Below, in pieces: positions 29,223 through 39,126 of a DNA stretch of 64,000 nt; positions within the stretch are counted from its first letter, which is position 1, and every line of letters begins with the position of its first letter. The DNA lies in the NCBI GenBank assembly GCA_965248695.1, contig CBDFKD010000002.1, positions 3,296,001 through 3,360,000 on the forward strand. The letters are read 5' to 3'. This stretch comes from Acidobacteriota bacterium. GTDB lineage: Bacteria > Acidobacteriota > UBA890 > WLXD01. The notes beneath the pieces were generated by a model, which did not search any database, had not been told where the DNA came from, and saw only the letters and a list, made by a program, of their open reading frames with translations. A program made the translations under genes and the position numbers.

Positions 29223-31908
29223 GTGCGGCGACAACCACCCTCGCTTGCCGAGCGGCTGGCGGTGCGGATCTTCCAAGCCTGCCTGATGGCGTTGCCGGCG
29301 GCGAAGCGCCATCGCGACGGCGAGTTCCTGGAGCAATTGTTCCGCGATCGGATCGCCGACGTGGTCACCTCCAGGGCGCGGCTCGCAACCCTCTTGGGGG
29401 AGTGCATCGCCATCCTCGGCGCCGCCTGCCGCATCCGCTTGGACCTCCGTTCGCAACCACGCCAGGAGGCGCATTTCCCTGCCGCTGAGCCGGAGAGCCT
29501 CATGGGCAACCTGTTCGCTGACCTTCGCTATGCGCTCCGGGCACTTCGCATGCGCCCGGGCTTCGTCCTCCTGTCGACCGTCACATTGGCGCTCGGTATC
29601 GGCGCCAACACAGCCATCTTCAGCGTCGTGTACGGCGTACTGCTTCGACCGCTCGCCCTTGCCGACCCCGAACGGGTCGTCTTCCTGGTGCAAACGAGCC
29701 CGGAACAGCCGGGAGCTCCGGGGACGACATCGCCGGAGAACCTGGAGTACTGGCGCGAGCACGCCGAATCGTTCCAGGGCATCACCGCGTGGTACTTCGA
29801 TTCGCTGACGCTAGAGGAACCGGACGCCGAGGCGCACGAGCTCGGCTACGCGCTGAAGGTCGGCGTGAACTTCTTCGACGTGCTGGGCGTACGCCCGGCG
29901 CTCGGTCGCGGATTCAACCGGCAGGACGAGGTGCGCGGTGCCCCGGCCCGCACGGCAGTGGTTTCGCACCGGCTGTGGCGCGACCGTTGGGGAAGTGATC
30001 CACAGGTCATCGGCCGCTCCGTCGGACTCGACGGAGCACCACACGAGATCGTCGGCGTGATGCCGCCGCAAGTGCCTATCCCCGGCTACGACATCGACGT
30101 CTGGGTCCCGGTGTGGTTCGACGTCGAGGACGTCGCCATGACGCGTCGCCTCAACACCGTCGGACGCCTGCGCGACGGCACCACAATCGAGCTGGCGCAA
30201 CGGGAGATGTCGACGCTATCGGAGGCCATCGGCGAGGCGATGCCAGCGTACGTCGGATGGGACGTGGCCGTCATGCCGGCGCACGATCGCATCGTTGGCG
30301 CCATCGGGCCGGCGCTCTTGATTACCTTCGGGGCGGTAGCCTTCGTCCTCCTGATCGCCTGTGCCAATCTCGCCAACCTGTTGCTGGCCCGCGCCACCGT
30401 CCGTAGGCGGGAATATGCGATCCGAGCCGCAGTCGGAGCTTCGCGCAGCCGCATCGCCCGGCAGGCCATGCTGGAGAGTCTGGCGATTGCGTTACTCGGT
30501 GGCGCCGTCGGGGTCGGGGTGGCGCGGATCGGCCACTCCTTGCTCCTCGCCGCCGCTCCGGCCGTACTCCCTCGCGTCGCCGATATCCGGCTCGACCTGC
30601 CCGTGCTCGGGTTCGGCTTCGCCGTGGCGCTGGCGACCGGGATCCTCTTCGGCGTCCTGCCGGCCTGGCAGTCGGCATCGATCGATCCCAGCCGCGCGCT
30701 GCGGGGAGCCGGTGCGACGGCCACTGCCGGCGGACACGCGCGGGCCGTGCTCGTCGTGTCGCAGGTGGCGATCACCATGACTCTGATCACCGGCGCCGGG
30801 ATGCTCCTGCTCAGCCTGGTCAGGCTGGAGAGTGTCGATCCGGGATATGACGCCGGGCAGGCGCTGGCAGCACGGATCTTTCTTGAACCCAGGTAGATAC
30901 GCTGATGAGGACGTGCAGCGTCGCTACTTCGACGACTTGCTCGGCGAGCTCCGAACGATGCCGGGCGTCGAGGCAGTGGGCGGCGCCACCGGTCTACCGA
31001 TGGACCCCGTCGGCATCGACTTCGACTCGCCGTTCATGCCGGAGAGCTTCGAGGGCGAACGCGCGGATCTGCCGCGCGCCGACTATCGATTTGCTACACC
31101 CGGCTACACCGAAGCGCTGGGAATCCCGCTGCTTGCCGGCCGCACCCTGAGGGCCGCAGATGGCGTCGAGGATCGACCGGTCGCGGTCGTTAACGAGACC
31201 CTGGCGCGCAACATCTGGCCCGGTGAGAGCCCACTGGGCAAACGCGTAACGATCTTCTTCAGAGGAGCCATCGATCACGAGATTGTCGGCGTGGTGGGAG
31301 ATGTCCGTTTCCGCGGCCTCAGATCCGAACCGCGCCCAGAGCTCTACGTCCCGTTTCGCGAGCTTCCCTGGGGCACGTTGACCGTCGTGGTGCGCACGCC
31401 CGACCCGGCCGCGGCGGCGGCGAGGGTGCGCGCGACCGTTCTGGCCCGCGACCCGCGGCAGCCACCGCACAGCGTGCTCCCGGTGGCCGATCTGGTGACC
31501 GCCTCACTGGCGGGCAACCGTTTCTACGCAACATTGCTGACGGCGTTCGCCGCCGTAGCAATGGCGATCTCCGGAGCCGGTATCTACGGAGTCATCTCCT
31601 ACTGGGTGAGCCGCAGCACGCACGAGATCGGCGTGCGGGTGGCGTTGGGCGCGGCGCGATCGGGGGTGATCGGCCTCGTAACCCTCCGCGGCGCACGACT
31701 GACGCTCATCGGAACGGCAATCGGCACCGTGGGATCGTTGCTCGCCGGCAGGCTGCTCGAAGGGCTGCTTTTCGGTGTCTCGACGACTCACGCCGGGGTG
31801 CTGACGGCGGCGGCGGGTGGGCTCGCGCTGGTGGCAATGGCGGCCTGTTACGTGCCGGCGCGGCGGGCTGCGCGCGTCAGCCCGGTGGTGGCGCTGCGCC
31901 AGGGTTGA
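29223..31908 (+). pseudogene. ADOP-type duplicated ABC permease, split by a single-base frameshift near 30888-30890 (true pseudogene or sequencing error)
   Basis: 29223-30896 has DLRYALR...TLALGIGANTAIFSVV, LLIACANLANLLLAR, LVVSQVA; the C-terminal half (GIYGVISY, EIGVRVALGA, PARRAARVSPVVALR) continues in another frame to 31908. Deleting one C in GAACCCAGGTAGA joins them. Confidence 0.85.
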
Positions 31909-31914
31909 GCAACC

Positions 31915-31930
31915 ACTAGTGGCCTGCAGC
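31915..31930 (+). repeat. Isolated degenerate copy of the terminus of the 32998-33277 element
   Basis: ACTAGTGGCCTGCAGC vs ACTAGTGGCCTGTAAC (14/16 identical), in the 31-bp gap between convergent genes. Confidence 0.55.
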
Positions 31931-31939
31931 GACCGGCTA

Positions 31940-32986
31940 TTAGGGCTGGTTCCGTTCCTTACGGCGCACTACCGACAGCGCTGTATCGCCAGCGCCCTTC
32001 GCCAGGCCGACGACGGCCTCGCCGGCTCCCTTGGCCAATCCGGCGACGGCGCCTCCGGCTCCTTTGGCCAGGTCCGTCACTCCGGAGACGGTGGCGCCCA
32101 CTCCCTGACGCGACGCGCCCCAGATCGCCTTGGACACGCTGGCACTCCCGCTCGCGACCACCTCGCCCAGCAGCTTCGTCGCCTGGGTAACAGCAGCACG
32201 ACGAACCACCCCGCGACGCTCCGCCACCAACGGAGCGCAGTAGCGCTTTGCCACCATCCCCACCCTCAACGTCAGGAACGCGTTGGCTGTGCCGGTGACG
32301 ATCGAGCTCGCTACCAACCCCGCTGCGACGCGCAACCCGGGTACCTCGGCGGCGATAGCAGGCAACGAGGCCGACAGGATCGGGGCGACCTGCTCGCTCA
32401 CGTCGATATCCTCCAGCGAGCCCGCGACGAACGTCGTCGCGGCGACGTTGGCGTAGAGGTGGATCAGCTCCCGAACCGCCGGTCGCTGAGCGTAAAGGTG
32501 CGCCAGTTGCCAGACCATGCGCATCTGCAGGCCGAGCACCATGAACGCGTCGAGGCGTCCACTCTGTGAGACCGCTGTGGCCAGGAACACCTGGCCGGCA
32601 TGCGCCTTGACCAGGGCATCGGCGCAGGCATCGAGCTCGGATAGCGCCGACTCGATCTGTTCCTGTGTCTCGAGCGGCCGGGAGGAAACCCGCTCGTTCT
32701 CGGACAATCGAGCGGCGAGGCCCCGCAGATAAGCCTGGTGTTCGGGTCCCTGGCTCTCGGTCGGTGCGACCAGCGGCTTGCGGAGCCGCATGAGCATCAC
32801 CAACGGGGTCAGCAACAAGACCGCATAGATCGCAACCAGGCTCCAGAGCACGATCGGCCCCAGACCCGGTCGTAGGGCATCGGCCAGCGTAACCACGCCG
32901 GCGGTCTGGTTGATCACCAGCAGCGCGAACGAAACGACCACCAGCGCCGAGACCACCAGCAGCAGTGTGCGCAACCCCTTGGGCAT
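31940..32986 (-). CDS. YcjF/DUF697 family membrane protein
   Basis: GGAGG RBS; two N-terminal TMs; VFLATAVSQSGRLDA, IVTGTANAFLTLRVG. Confidence 0.75.
   Translation of the reverse strand: MPKGLRTLLLVVSALVVVSFALLVINQTAGVVTLADALRPGLGPIVLWSLVAIYAVLLLTPLVMLMRLRKPLVAPTESQGPEHQAYLRGLAARLSENERVSSRPLETQEQIESALSELDACADALVKAHAGQVFLATAVSQSGRLDAFMVLGLQMRMVWQLAHLYAQRPAVRELIHLYANVAATTFVAGSLEDIDVSEQVAPILSASLPAIAAEVPGLRVAAGLVASSIVTGTANAFLTLRVGMVAKRYCAPLVAERRGVVRRAAVTQATKLLGEVVASGSASVSKAIWGASRQGVGATVSGVTDLAKGAGGAVAGLAKGAGEAVVGLAKGAGDTALSVVRRKERNQP
31986..32084 (-). repeat. Three 33-bp tandem coding repeats (11-aa LAKGAG units)
   Basis: VTDLAKGAGGA / VAGLAKGAGEA / VVGLAKGAGDT at the protein C-terminus. Confidence 0.8.
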
Positions 32987-32997
32987 CGGGACCTCCG

Positions 32998-33277
32998 ACT
33001 AGTGGCCTGTAACAGATGAACGTTGCCTATCGCAGTTGGGATTTGCGGGTGAGATCAAGGCGCGGCGACGCAGTCGATGCTAGGGGCATCATCGAGGAGC
33101 CGCAACGCCGATATCGCCCGCAACAGCCCATCTGTCCGCAGGATGGCGGCGAACTGGGCCCGCCTGCGGCGTTGCTCCTCCTCGATAATGGGCAAACATT
33201 GTCTCGTCGGACCGCCTGGCATCCGGGCCCATTTCGCCACCACGATAGGCAACGTTCATCTGTTACAGGCCACTAGT
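32998..33277. mobile_element. Non-autonomous MITE-like element with perfect 35-bp terminal inverted repeats
   Basis: ACTAGTGGCCTGTAACAGATGAACGTTGCCTATCG (32998-33032) is the exact reverse complement of 33243-33277; both ends carry CTAG; the interior has two oppositely oriented stem-loops with a shared core; no credible ORF. Confidence 0.85.
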
Positions 33278-34805
33278 GGCGCTTCAGCGCGCCGCGATCG
33301 ATCTTGCCGAGATGGGTGCGGGGAAAGTCCTGCAGAAACTCTACCTCGCGCGGGTACTTGTAGGGCTCCAGGCTCCGCCGGACATGCTCTTTGAGCTCCT
33401 CTGCGAGGTGGCGGTCGGGCTGCTGGTCCGACGTCGCGACGACGAAGGCCTTCGGCTTCACTAAGCCCTCGACCTCCACCCCGACAACGGCGACCTCGCT
33501 TACCGCCGGGTGCCCCATCAGACAGTTCTCCACCTCGCCAGGAGATAGCCACTTCCCGGAGACCTTCAGCATGTCGTCGTCGCGACCGCAGTAGACATAC
33601 GTCGCGTCGGGAGCGCGCCGAATCATGTCACCCGACACGTACCACTCGCCCCGGAACGCCTGCATCGTGCTCCGCATGCGCTGCCAGTACCCGATCGCCC
33701 GCGAGTTCCCACGCACCCACAGGTAGCCGATCTCGCCGTCCGGAAGATCGTTACCGTGCACGTCGCACACGCGCACCTCGAATCCGGGGACGACCTTCCC
33801 CAGGGTGCCGGGGGTGACATCGCCAGGGCGGTTGGAGATGAACACGTGCCACTGCTCAGCGGTGCCGAGGCCGTCGAGTAGCTCGACCCCGAAGGCGGCG
33901 TCCCAGCGCGCTTGAAGCTCGGCCGGCAACGCCTCGCCGGCCGACGTCGACAGCCGCAGACACGACAGATCATGCGCGCCGGCGTCCGCTGCGCCCAGCA
34001 TGTTGTTGATCATCGTCGGAACGTTGATGAGGATCGTCGGCCGGTGTTTGGCGATGCGCGCGAACAGCGCTTCGGCGGTGCAACGTTCCTCGAACAAGGC
34101 CACGGAGGCACCCACCGAGAACGGAAACAACAGGTTGGACCCGGTGGCGTAGCCGAAGAAAAGCTTCGGAACTGACACCGTGATGTCGCTCTCGCGGTAG
34201 CCGATGACACCGTGCGCGTAGCAGAGCGTCGTGTTCACGAACGAGTTGTGGCTCTGGACGACTGCCTTCGGCTGGCCGGTCGTTCCACCGGAGAACAGCC
34301 AGATCGCCGCATCGTCGCGGTGGGTGGGAAACGTCTCGAAGTCATGCGAGGCGTCATCGAGCCGGGCGTCGCAGTCGGCGTCGCCGAGCACGAACAGATC
34401 CCTCACGCTGGACGTCGCCGTGGCGGCCCGCCGGAACTCGGGCGCTCCGTCAGCGTGCACTACAGCGGCGCGGGCACGCGTGTAGCTGAAGAAGTACTCG
34501 ATGGCCTCCGCCTTCAGCGACGGGTTGAGCATGACAGCCACCGCGCCCATCTTCAGCACGCCGAAGAACGCTCCGACCCAGGCGGCCGAATCGGGAAGAG
34601 CGATGATGACGCGCTGCTCCGGCTCGATCCCGGCCTCCAGCAGGACGTTGGCGAAGCGGTTCGCCAGGCGCTGGACATCCTGATAGCTCAACTCGCCATC
34701 GTCGGTCCGCAGGGCGATCCGGTCGCCCCTGCCCTCGCGCACGCGCGCATCGAGAAACCAATCGGCGATGTTGAGCTGCTCGGGAATCTCTGCGTCCATG
34801 GTCAT
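33273..34805 (-). CDS. Benzoate-CoA ligase family protein (probable 2-aminobenzoate-CoA ligase, AbmG-like)
   Basis: FSGGTTGQPKAV (P-loop), PKLFFGYATG, SAGEALP, DGLGTAE, YVSGD, GRDDDMLKVSG, YKYPR, GKIDR; context of abm-like genes. Confidence 0.88.
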   Translation of the reverse strand: MTMDAEIPEQLNIADWFLDARVREGRGDRIALRTDDGELSYQDVQRLANRFANVLLEAGIEPEQRVIIALPDSAAWVGAFFGVLKMGAVAVMLNPSLKAEAIEYFFSYTRARAAVVHADGAPEFRRAATATSSVRDLFVLGDADCDARLDDASHDFETFPTHRDDAAIWLFSGGTTGQPKAVVQSHNSFVNTTLCYAHGVIGYRESDITVSVPKLFFGYATGSNLLFPFSVGASVALFEERCTAEALFARIAKHRPTILINVPTMINNMLGAADAGAHDLSCLRLSTSAGEALPAELQARWDAAFGVELLDGLGTAEQWHVFISNRPGDVTPGTLGKVVPGFEVRVCDVHGNDLPDGEIGYLWVRGNSRAIGYWQRMRSTMQAFRGEWYVSGDMIRRAPDATYVYCGRDDDMLKVSGKWLSPGEVENCLMGHPAVSEVAVVGVEVEGLVKPKAFVVATSDQQPDRHLAEELKEHVRRSLEPYKYPREVEFLQDFPRTHLGKIDRGALKRH

Positions 34806-34836
34806 CCCCTTCTGCGGGCGGACCCGCGGCGGCACG

Positions 34837-35715
34837 CTAGCCTGGATGCCGGTAGCCGTGTCGCATGTAGCTGCCGTCTGGCGCGATCGTCGGGAGCTTG
34901 AATCGCTTCCTGGTCAGGAGACGGTGTAGCTTCGGATCCGTAAGGGCGAGCTTGTCTGGGGTGTTCGGTCGCCACTCGTGCTGGATCTCCTCCGGCCGGC
35001 CGGCGAAATCCTGCAGGCCGAGCAACGACGTCAGGCCCCAGTAGAAGTACTCCGTCGCCTGGCAGGAGTAGTCGCAAGTGGCATCGTCGTAGGTGTACCA
35101 GGCGGAGTCCGGGTACTGTGGCGGGATCTGCTCGAAATGCCCTCCGCGGGCGACGTCCATGGCGTCGGCGAGTCGAGTTCCGGGAGCCTCGCCCCAGACG
35201 CGCGGGTAAGCCGCCGCCAGTCCTGCATGAGAGATGAGATGCAGCACCTCCTCGAGCGTTGCGTCGAAGACCCCTTCGGCCGCGCCGCCGGGGTGGGTTT
35301 CCAACGCCTGGAGATCCTGAAGCGACAGACCGTCCAGCGTTTCATCATCGATCGTGTCGAAGAACGCATCGGTATCGCGCCGGTGGGCGAACATCACCAT
35401 CGCGGCCCGGGCGGCAATCAGCTTTCTCAGCACCTGACGATTGTCGACCGCGCCGTCGGCGTCGTTGTCGAGGTACTGCGCCATCACGTTGGCGGCGTGC
35501 AGCAGCTTTTTCGCCGGCACCGCAGGCGTGGCGTAGAGACGTACGCCGAAGACATTGACCTGGCGGTCGAAGGTCGCGGCAAAGGCAGCCGGCGCGTCGC
35601 CGTCGAGCGCCGTGATCTCCGGCGGCCCGCTTGAAACCGGTGTCGAAAATACCGGTACCGCCAACGCCACAAACCCGAGCGTTGAACCGGCCAGACGGCC
35701 ACTAACGATGTGCAT
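34837..35715 (-). CDS. Hypothetical exported protein with possible metal-binding motif
   Basis: Hydrophobic N-terminus; QYLDNDADG, FDATLEEVLHLISHAG, YDDATCDYSCQATEYFYW; start uncertain (35715 has a GGAG upstream). Confidence 0.7.
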   Translation of the reverse strand: MHIVSGRLAGSTLGFVALAVPVFSTPVSSGPPEITALDGDAPAAFAATFDRQVNVFGVRLYATPAVPAKKLLHAANVMAQYLDNDADGAVDNRQVLRKLIAARAAMVMFAHRRDTDAFFDTIDDETLDGLSLQDLQALETHPGGAAEGVFDATLEEVLHLISHAGLAAAYPRVWGEAPGTRLADAMDVARGGHFEQIPPQYPDSAWYTYDDATCDYSCQATEYFYWGLTSLLGLQDFAGRPEEIQHEWRPNTPDKLALTDPKLHRLLTRKRFKLPTIAPDGSYMRHGYRHPG

Positions 35716-35780
35716 GCGATGCCTGTCTCCGCTGGCGGTCTGTCTCCAGCCCGAGTGCCGGATGTCGATCATCGGGTTCA

Positions 35781-35807
35781 TTGTACGAGCCGCGCCGACC
35801 CTATAAT
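35781..35807 (+). promoter_or_regulatory. Candidate sigma70 promoter of the abm-like operon (TTGTAC-N15-TATAAT), probably leaderless
   Basis: Perfect TATAAT at 35802-35807, six bases before ATG 35814; no Shine-Dalgarno between them. Confidence 0.55.
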
Positions 35808-35813
35808 CGCCAC

Positions 35814-36596
35814 ATGCCGGTGCACCGCCTTGCCGAGATGACCTGGGAGGAGGTGCGCGACCTCGATCGCGATCGGTCGATCGTCATCTTGCCGACCGGG
35901 GCGACCGAGGCCCACGGTCCGCATCTGCCATTGCAGACCGACGTCATCATTGCCTCCGCGATGGCCCGTGCGGGCGCCGAGAAGCTCTCCGCGGCCGGCT
36001 GGCTGCCGCTGCTTGTCCCACCGGTCACCTATTCGGCGGCGCCGTTCGCTGAAGCGTTCCCCGGCACCGTTTCGGTCACACCGGCGGTCGTCGTGGCGAC
36101 CATCGTCGAGGTGGCGCGCAGCTTCGCGCGCCACGGCTTCGGCATCGTGGCCATCGCCAACGCCCACTTTGATCCCGCCCACCTGGCAACGATCCACAGC
36201 GCCGTCGACACGCTCGCAATCGACGCCGACCTGACGACGGTGTTCCCCGATGTCACCCGCCGCCCGTGGGCGCTGCGACTCACCGACGAGTTCAAAAGTG
36301 GGGCGTGCCACGCCGGGCAGTACGAGGGGTCCATCGTGCTTGCGGAACGGCCAGAGCTCGTGCGCGACGACATCCGCGCCAGCCTCCCGGAGCTACCAGT
36401 CTCGCTGTCGGCGGCAATCGCCGACGGTGCGCAGTCGTTCGCGGCAGCGGGCGGGGAGCGTGCGTACTTCGGCTATCCTGCTAACGCCTCCGCCGAGGAA
36501 GGTCGGCAGACGGTCGATCTACTTGGAAGCATCCTCTGCGACGCGATCCTCGCGACGATCGACCGCGCCGACGACGCCCCGGACGAAACGAAATGA
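35814..36596 (+). CDS. Creatininase family amidohydrolase
   Basis: LAEMTWEEV, LPTGATEAHGPHLPLQTD, FPGT, NAH, HAGQYEGS, A.AEEG. Confidence 0.88.
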   Translation: MPVHRLAEMTWEEVRDLDRDRSIVILPTGATEAHGPHLPLQTDVIIASAMARAGAEKLSAAGWLPLLVPPVTYSAAPFAEAFPGTVSVTPAVVVATIVEVARSFARHGFGIVAIANAHFDPAHLATIHSAVDTLAIDADLTTVFPDVTRRPWALRLTDEFKSGACHAGQYEGSIVLAERPELVRDDIRASLPELPVSLSAAIADGAQSFAAAGGERAYFGYPANASAEEGRQTVDLLGSILCDAILATIDRADDAPDETK

Positions 36597-36618
36597 CGAC
36601 CAACGGAGAACTCACCGG

Positions 36619-37065
36619 ATGAGCTACCGAGTCATCAACCCCGAGGACCTCGGGGCGCCACGAGGTTGGAACAACGGAATGCTCGGACCGGTCGGGGGTC
36701 GAGTGCTGTTCGTCGCCGGGCAGACGGCGCACGATCGCAGCGGCCGGGTATCGGAGGCAGGATTCGTGCAGCAGTTCGGTCGCGCCCTCGACAACACGCT
36801 GGCGGTGGTGCGCGAAGCCGGCGGCGTACCCGGCGACATCGGTCGAATGACGGTCTTCGTCACCGACGTCGAGGCCTATCGCCAGAGTCTTTCGGAGCTC
36901 GGCGAGATCTGGCGACCGCGCATGGGTCGCCACTTTCCGGCCATGGCGCTGATGGAGGTATCAGGACTCGTCGACGAACGCGCCCTGGTCGAGATCGAAG
37001 CCACAGCGCTGTTGCCCGCTCCTCTCACGTTGACCGGGGAAGAATCCGCGGCGGTCGTGACCTGA
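36619..37065 (+). CDS. RidA/YjgF family protein
   Basis: INPEDLGAPRGWNNG, LFVAGQ, HFPAMALMEVSGL, LVEIEATA; GGAGA RBS. Confidence 0.9.
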   Translation: MSYRVINPEDLGAPRGWNNGMLGPVGGRVLFVAGQTAHDRSGRVSEAGFVQQFGRALDNTLAVVREAGGVPGDIGRMTVFVTDVEAYRQSLSELGEIWRPRMGRHFPAMALMEVSGLVDERALVEIEATALLPAPLTLTGEESAAVVT

Positions 37066-37077
37066 GCGAGCAGAGCC

Positions 37078-37950
37078 ATGCCGATAACGCCGAACAGCTT
37101 TCTGTACGACCACGATCGCAGCACTGGCGTCGCCACGCTCATGCTGAACCGGCCGGACAAGCTCAACGCGATCACCTTCGAGGTCTACGACGAGCTCGGG
37201 CAGGTCTTCCGCGCCCTCGACACCGAGCCGGATGTGCGCGCGATCGTGATCACCGGCCGCGGACGGGCGTTCTGTTCGGGCGGCGACATAGACGAAATCA
37301 TCGGCCCACTCCTGGACCGAGAGCTCGACGAGCTGCACCGGTTCACCGCCATGACCTGCGAGGTCATCAAGGCGATGCGCTCGTGCCGCCGACCTATCGT
37401 CGCGGCGTTGAACGGCACGACCGCCGGCGCCGGCGCGGTCATCGCCACCGCATGCGACATCCGCGTCGCGGCGGAATCGGCCCGCATCGGTTTCGTTTTC
37501 GCCAAGGTCGGATTGTCGGGCGCCGATATGGGCTCGTGCTGGCTGCTGCCGCGCATCGTCGGGCTGGGTCGCGCCAGCGAGTTGCTGTACACCGGGGAGC
37601 TCATCGACGCGACAGAAGCCCATCGAATCGGTCTCTACAATCACGTCGTCGCCGACGACAGGGTGCTCGAAGTGGCCTTGAACCTGGCCGAGAAGCTGGC
37701 GCGTGGGCCGAGCTACGCGCACGGCGTCACCAAAGAGCACCTCGATCTGGAGGCAGACATGACGCTTGCCGATGCGCTCGATCTCGAGGCTACGGTGCAG
37801 GCGGTATGCATGCGCACCCCTGATTTCCGCAACGCCTACGAGGCGTTCGTGGAGCAACGCGAGCCAGAGTTCAACCGGCCGCGTCCGGACGACCGCCTGC
37901 CGGAGACGCCGACCACGGTCGAGGATCCGAATCCGGCGGCCGAAGAATGA
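37078..37950 (+). CDS. Enoyl-CoA hydratase/isomerase family protein (AbmC-like)
   Basis: LNRPDKLNAI, AFCSGGD, PIVAALNG..AGAG, VGLSGADMG, LPRIVGLGRA. Confidence 0.9.
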   Translation: MPITPNSFLYDHDRSTGVATLMLNRPDKLNAITFEVYDELGQVFRALDTEPDVRAIVITGRGRAFCSGGDIDEIIGPLLDRELDELHRFTAMTCEVIKAMRSCRRPIVAALNGTTAGAGAVIATACDIRVAAESARIGFVFAKVGLSGADMGSCWLLPRIVGLGRASELLYTGELIDATEAHRIGLYNHVVADDRVLEVALNLAEKLARGPSYAHGVTKEHLDLEADMTLADALDLEATVQAVCMRTPDFRNAYEAFVEQREPEFNRPRPDDRLPETPTTVEDPNPAAEE

Positions 37951-39104
37951 CCGACGTTGCCGCGGTTGGCGCATTCCTCGATGCCGCCCACTGCGATCTT
38001 GCCGTCGCCGTTCGGGCGTTCGCCGATGAGGAAATCCGCCCGCTCCCCGACCCGCGCAGCGATGATGAGGCACGTGTGCAGGCGCGCGAGATCCTCGCTG
38101 CCCTCGGCCGCGGCGGCTGGTTCGGGCCCATCGGCGACCGCGACCTGCGGGCGCTGTGCCTGGTACGCGAGACGCTGGCGGCGGCATCACCGCTGGCCGA
38201 CTCGGTAGCCGCACTCCAGGCGTTGAGCATCACGCCGATCCTGCTGACGGCCAACGAGCCAATGCAGCAAGCGTGGGCCGAGCCGGCGCTGACCGGTGCC
38301 GCCATGGGCGCCTTCGCGATGACCGAGGCGGAGGCCGGATCAGACGTCGGGTCGATTCAGACGACCGCGGTGTGCGAAGGCGACGAGTATCGCCTCGATG
38401 GCGCCAAGACCCTGATCTCCAACGCCGGCATCGCCGACTTCTACGTCGTTTTCGCCAGCACGGATCCCGACGCTGGCACGCGTGGCATCAGCGCCTTCGT
38501 CGTCGGAGCCGCAACCGCCGGTTTGCGCTTCGTACGCCCGCAAGTAATGAGCGCCCCTCACCCGCTGGGCGACATCGAGCTCGACGGTTGCCGCATTCCG
38601 GCAATCAATCGTCTGGGTGCCGAGGGCGAGGGCTTCAAGCTTGGCATGACGACCCTCGATCGCGTGCGCGCGTCGGTCGGAGCGGCAGCCTGTGGACTGG
38701 GCGATCGGGCTCTCGAGGAAGCGCTGACCCACGCGAAGTCTCGCCGGCAGTTCGGCAAGAGCCTGGGCAGCTTTCAGCTCGTGCAGCAGAAGCTGGCGAG
38801 GATGGCCACCGACCTGGCGGCGGCGCGCTTGCTGGTTTATCGAGCCGCCTGGGAGACCGACCGCGGCAAGCAACGCGTCACCCTGGAAACGGCAATGGCC
38901 AAGGCGTTCGCCACCGAGGCAGCACAGCGAATCGTCGACGACGCGGTCCAGGTGCTCGGCGGGCGCGGCGTGCTGGCTACGCATCCGGTCGATCGTCTAT
39001 ACCGCAGCGTGCGGGCCATGCGGATCTACGAGGGAACCACCGAGATCCAACAGTTGATCATCGCCGGCCGGCTGCTGACCGACAGCGACGAAGGCGAGCG
39101 ATGA
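37947..39104 (+). CDS. Acyl-CoA dehydrogenase (AbmD-like)
   Basis: [51 protein letters not shown]. Confidence 0.92.
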   Translation: MTDVAAVGAFLDAAHCDLAVAVRAFADEEIRPLPDPRSDDEARVQAREILAALGRGGWFGPIGDRDLRALCLVRETLAAASPLADSVAALQALSITPILLTANEPMQQAWAEPALTGAAMGAFAMTEAEAGSDVGSIQTTAVCEGDEYRLDGAKTLISNAGIADFYVVFASTDPDAGTRGISAFVVGAATAGLRFVRPQVMSAPHPLGDIELDGCRIPAINRLGAEGEGFKLGMTTLDRVRASVGAAACGLGDRALEEALTHAKSRRQFGKSLGSFQLVQQKLARMATDLAAARLLVYRAAWETDRGKQRVTLETAMAKAFATEAAQRIVDDAVQVLGGRGVLATHPVDRLYRSVRAMRIYEGTTEIQQLIIAGRLLTDSDEGER

Positions 39105-39126
39105 CCGGCCGATCCGCCGGACGCGC

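Noticed and set aside
30894-30905. Stop-codon read-through (pyrrolysine/amber) at the TAG in the ADOP permease
   Set aside because: The same frame hits TGA three codons later (TAG ATA CGC TGA); the homologous sequence continues in another frame, so it is a frameshift.
33016-33276. 86-aa ORF and other short ORFs inside the inverted-repeat element
   Set aside because: No RBS, no transposase motifs; start and stop fall within the TIRs.
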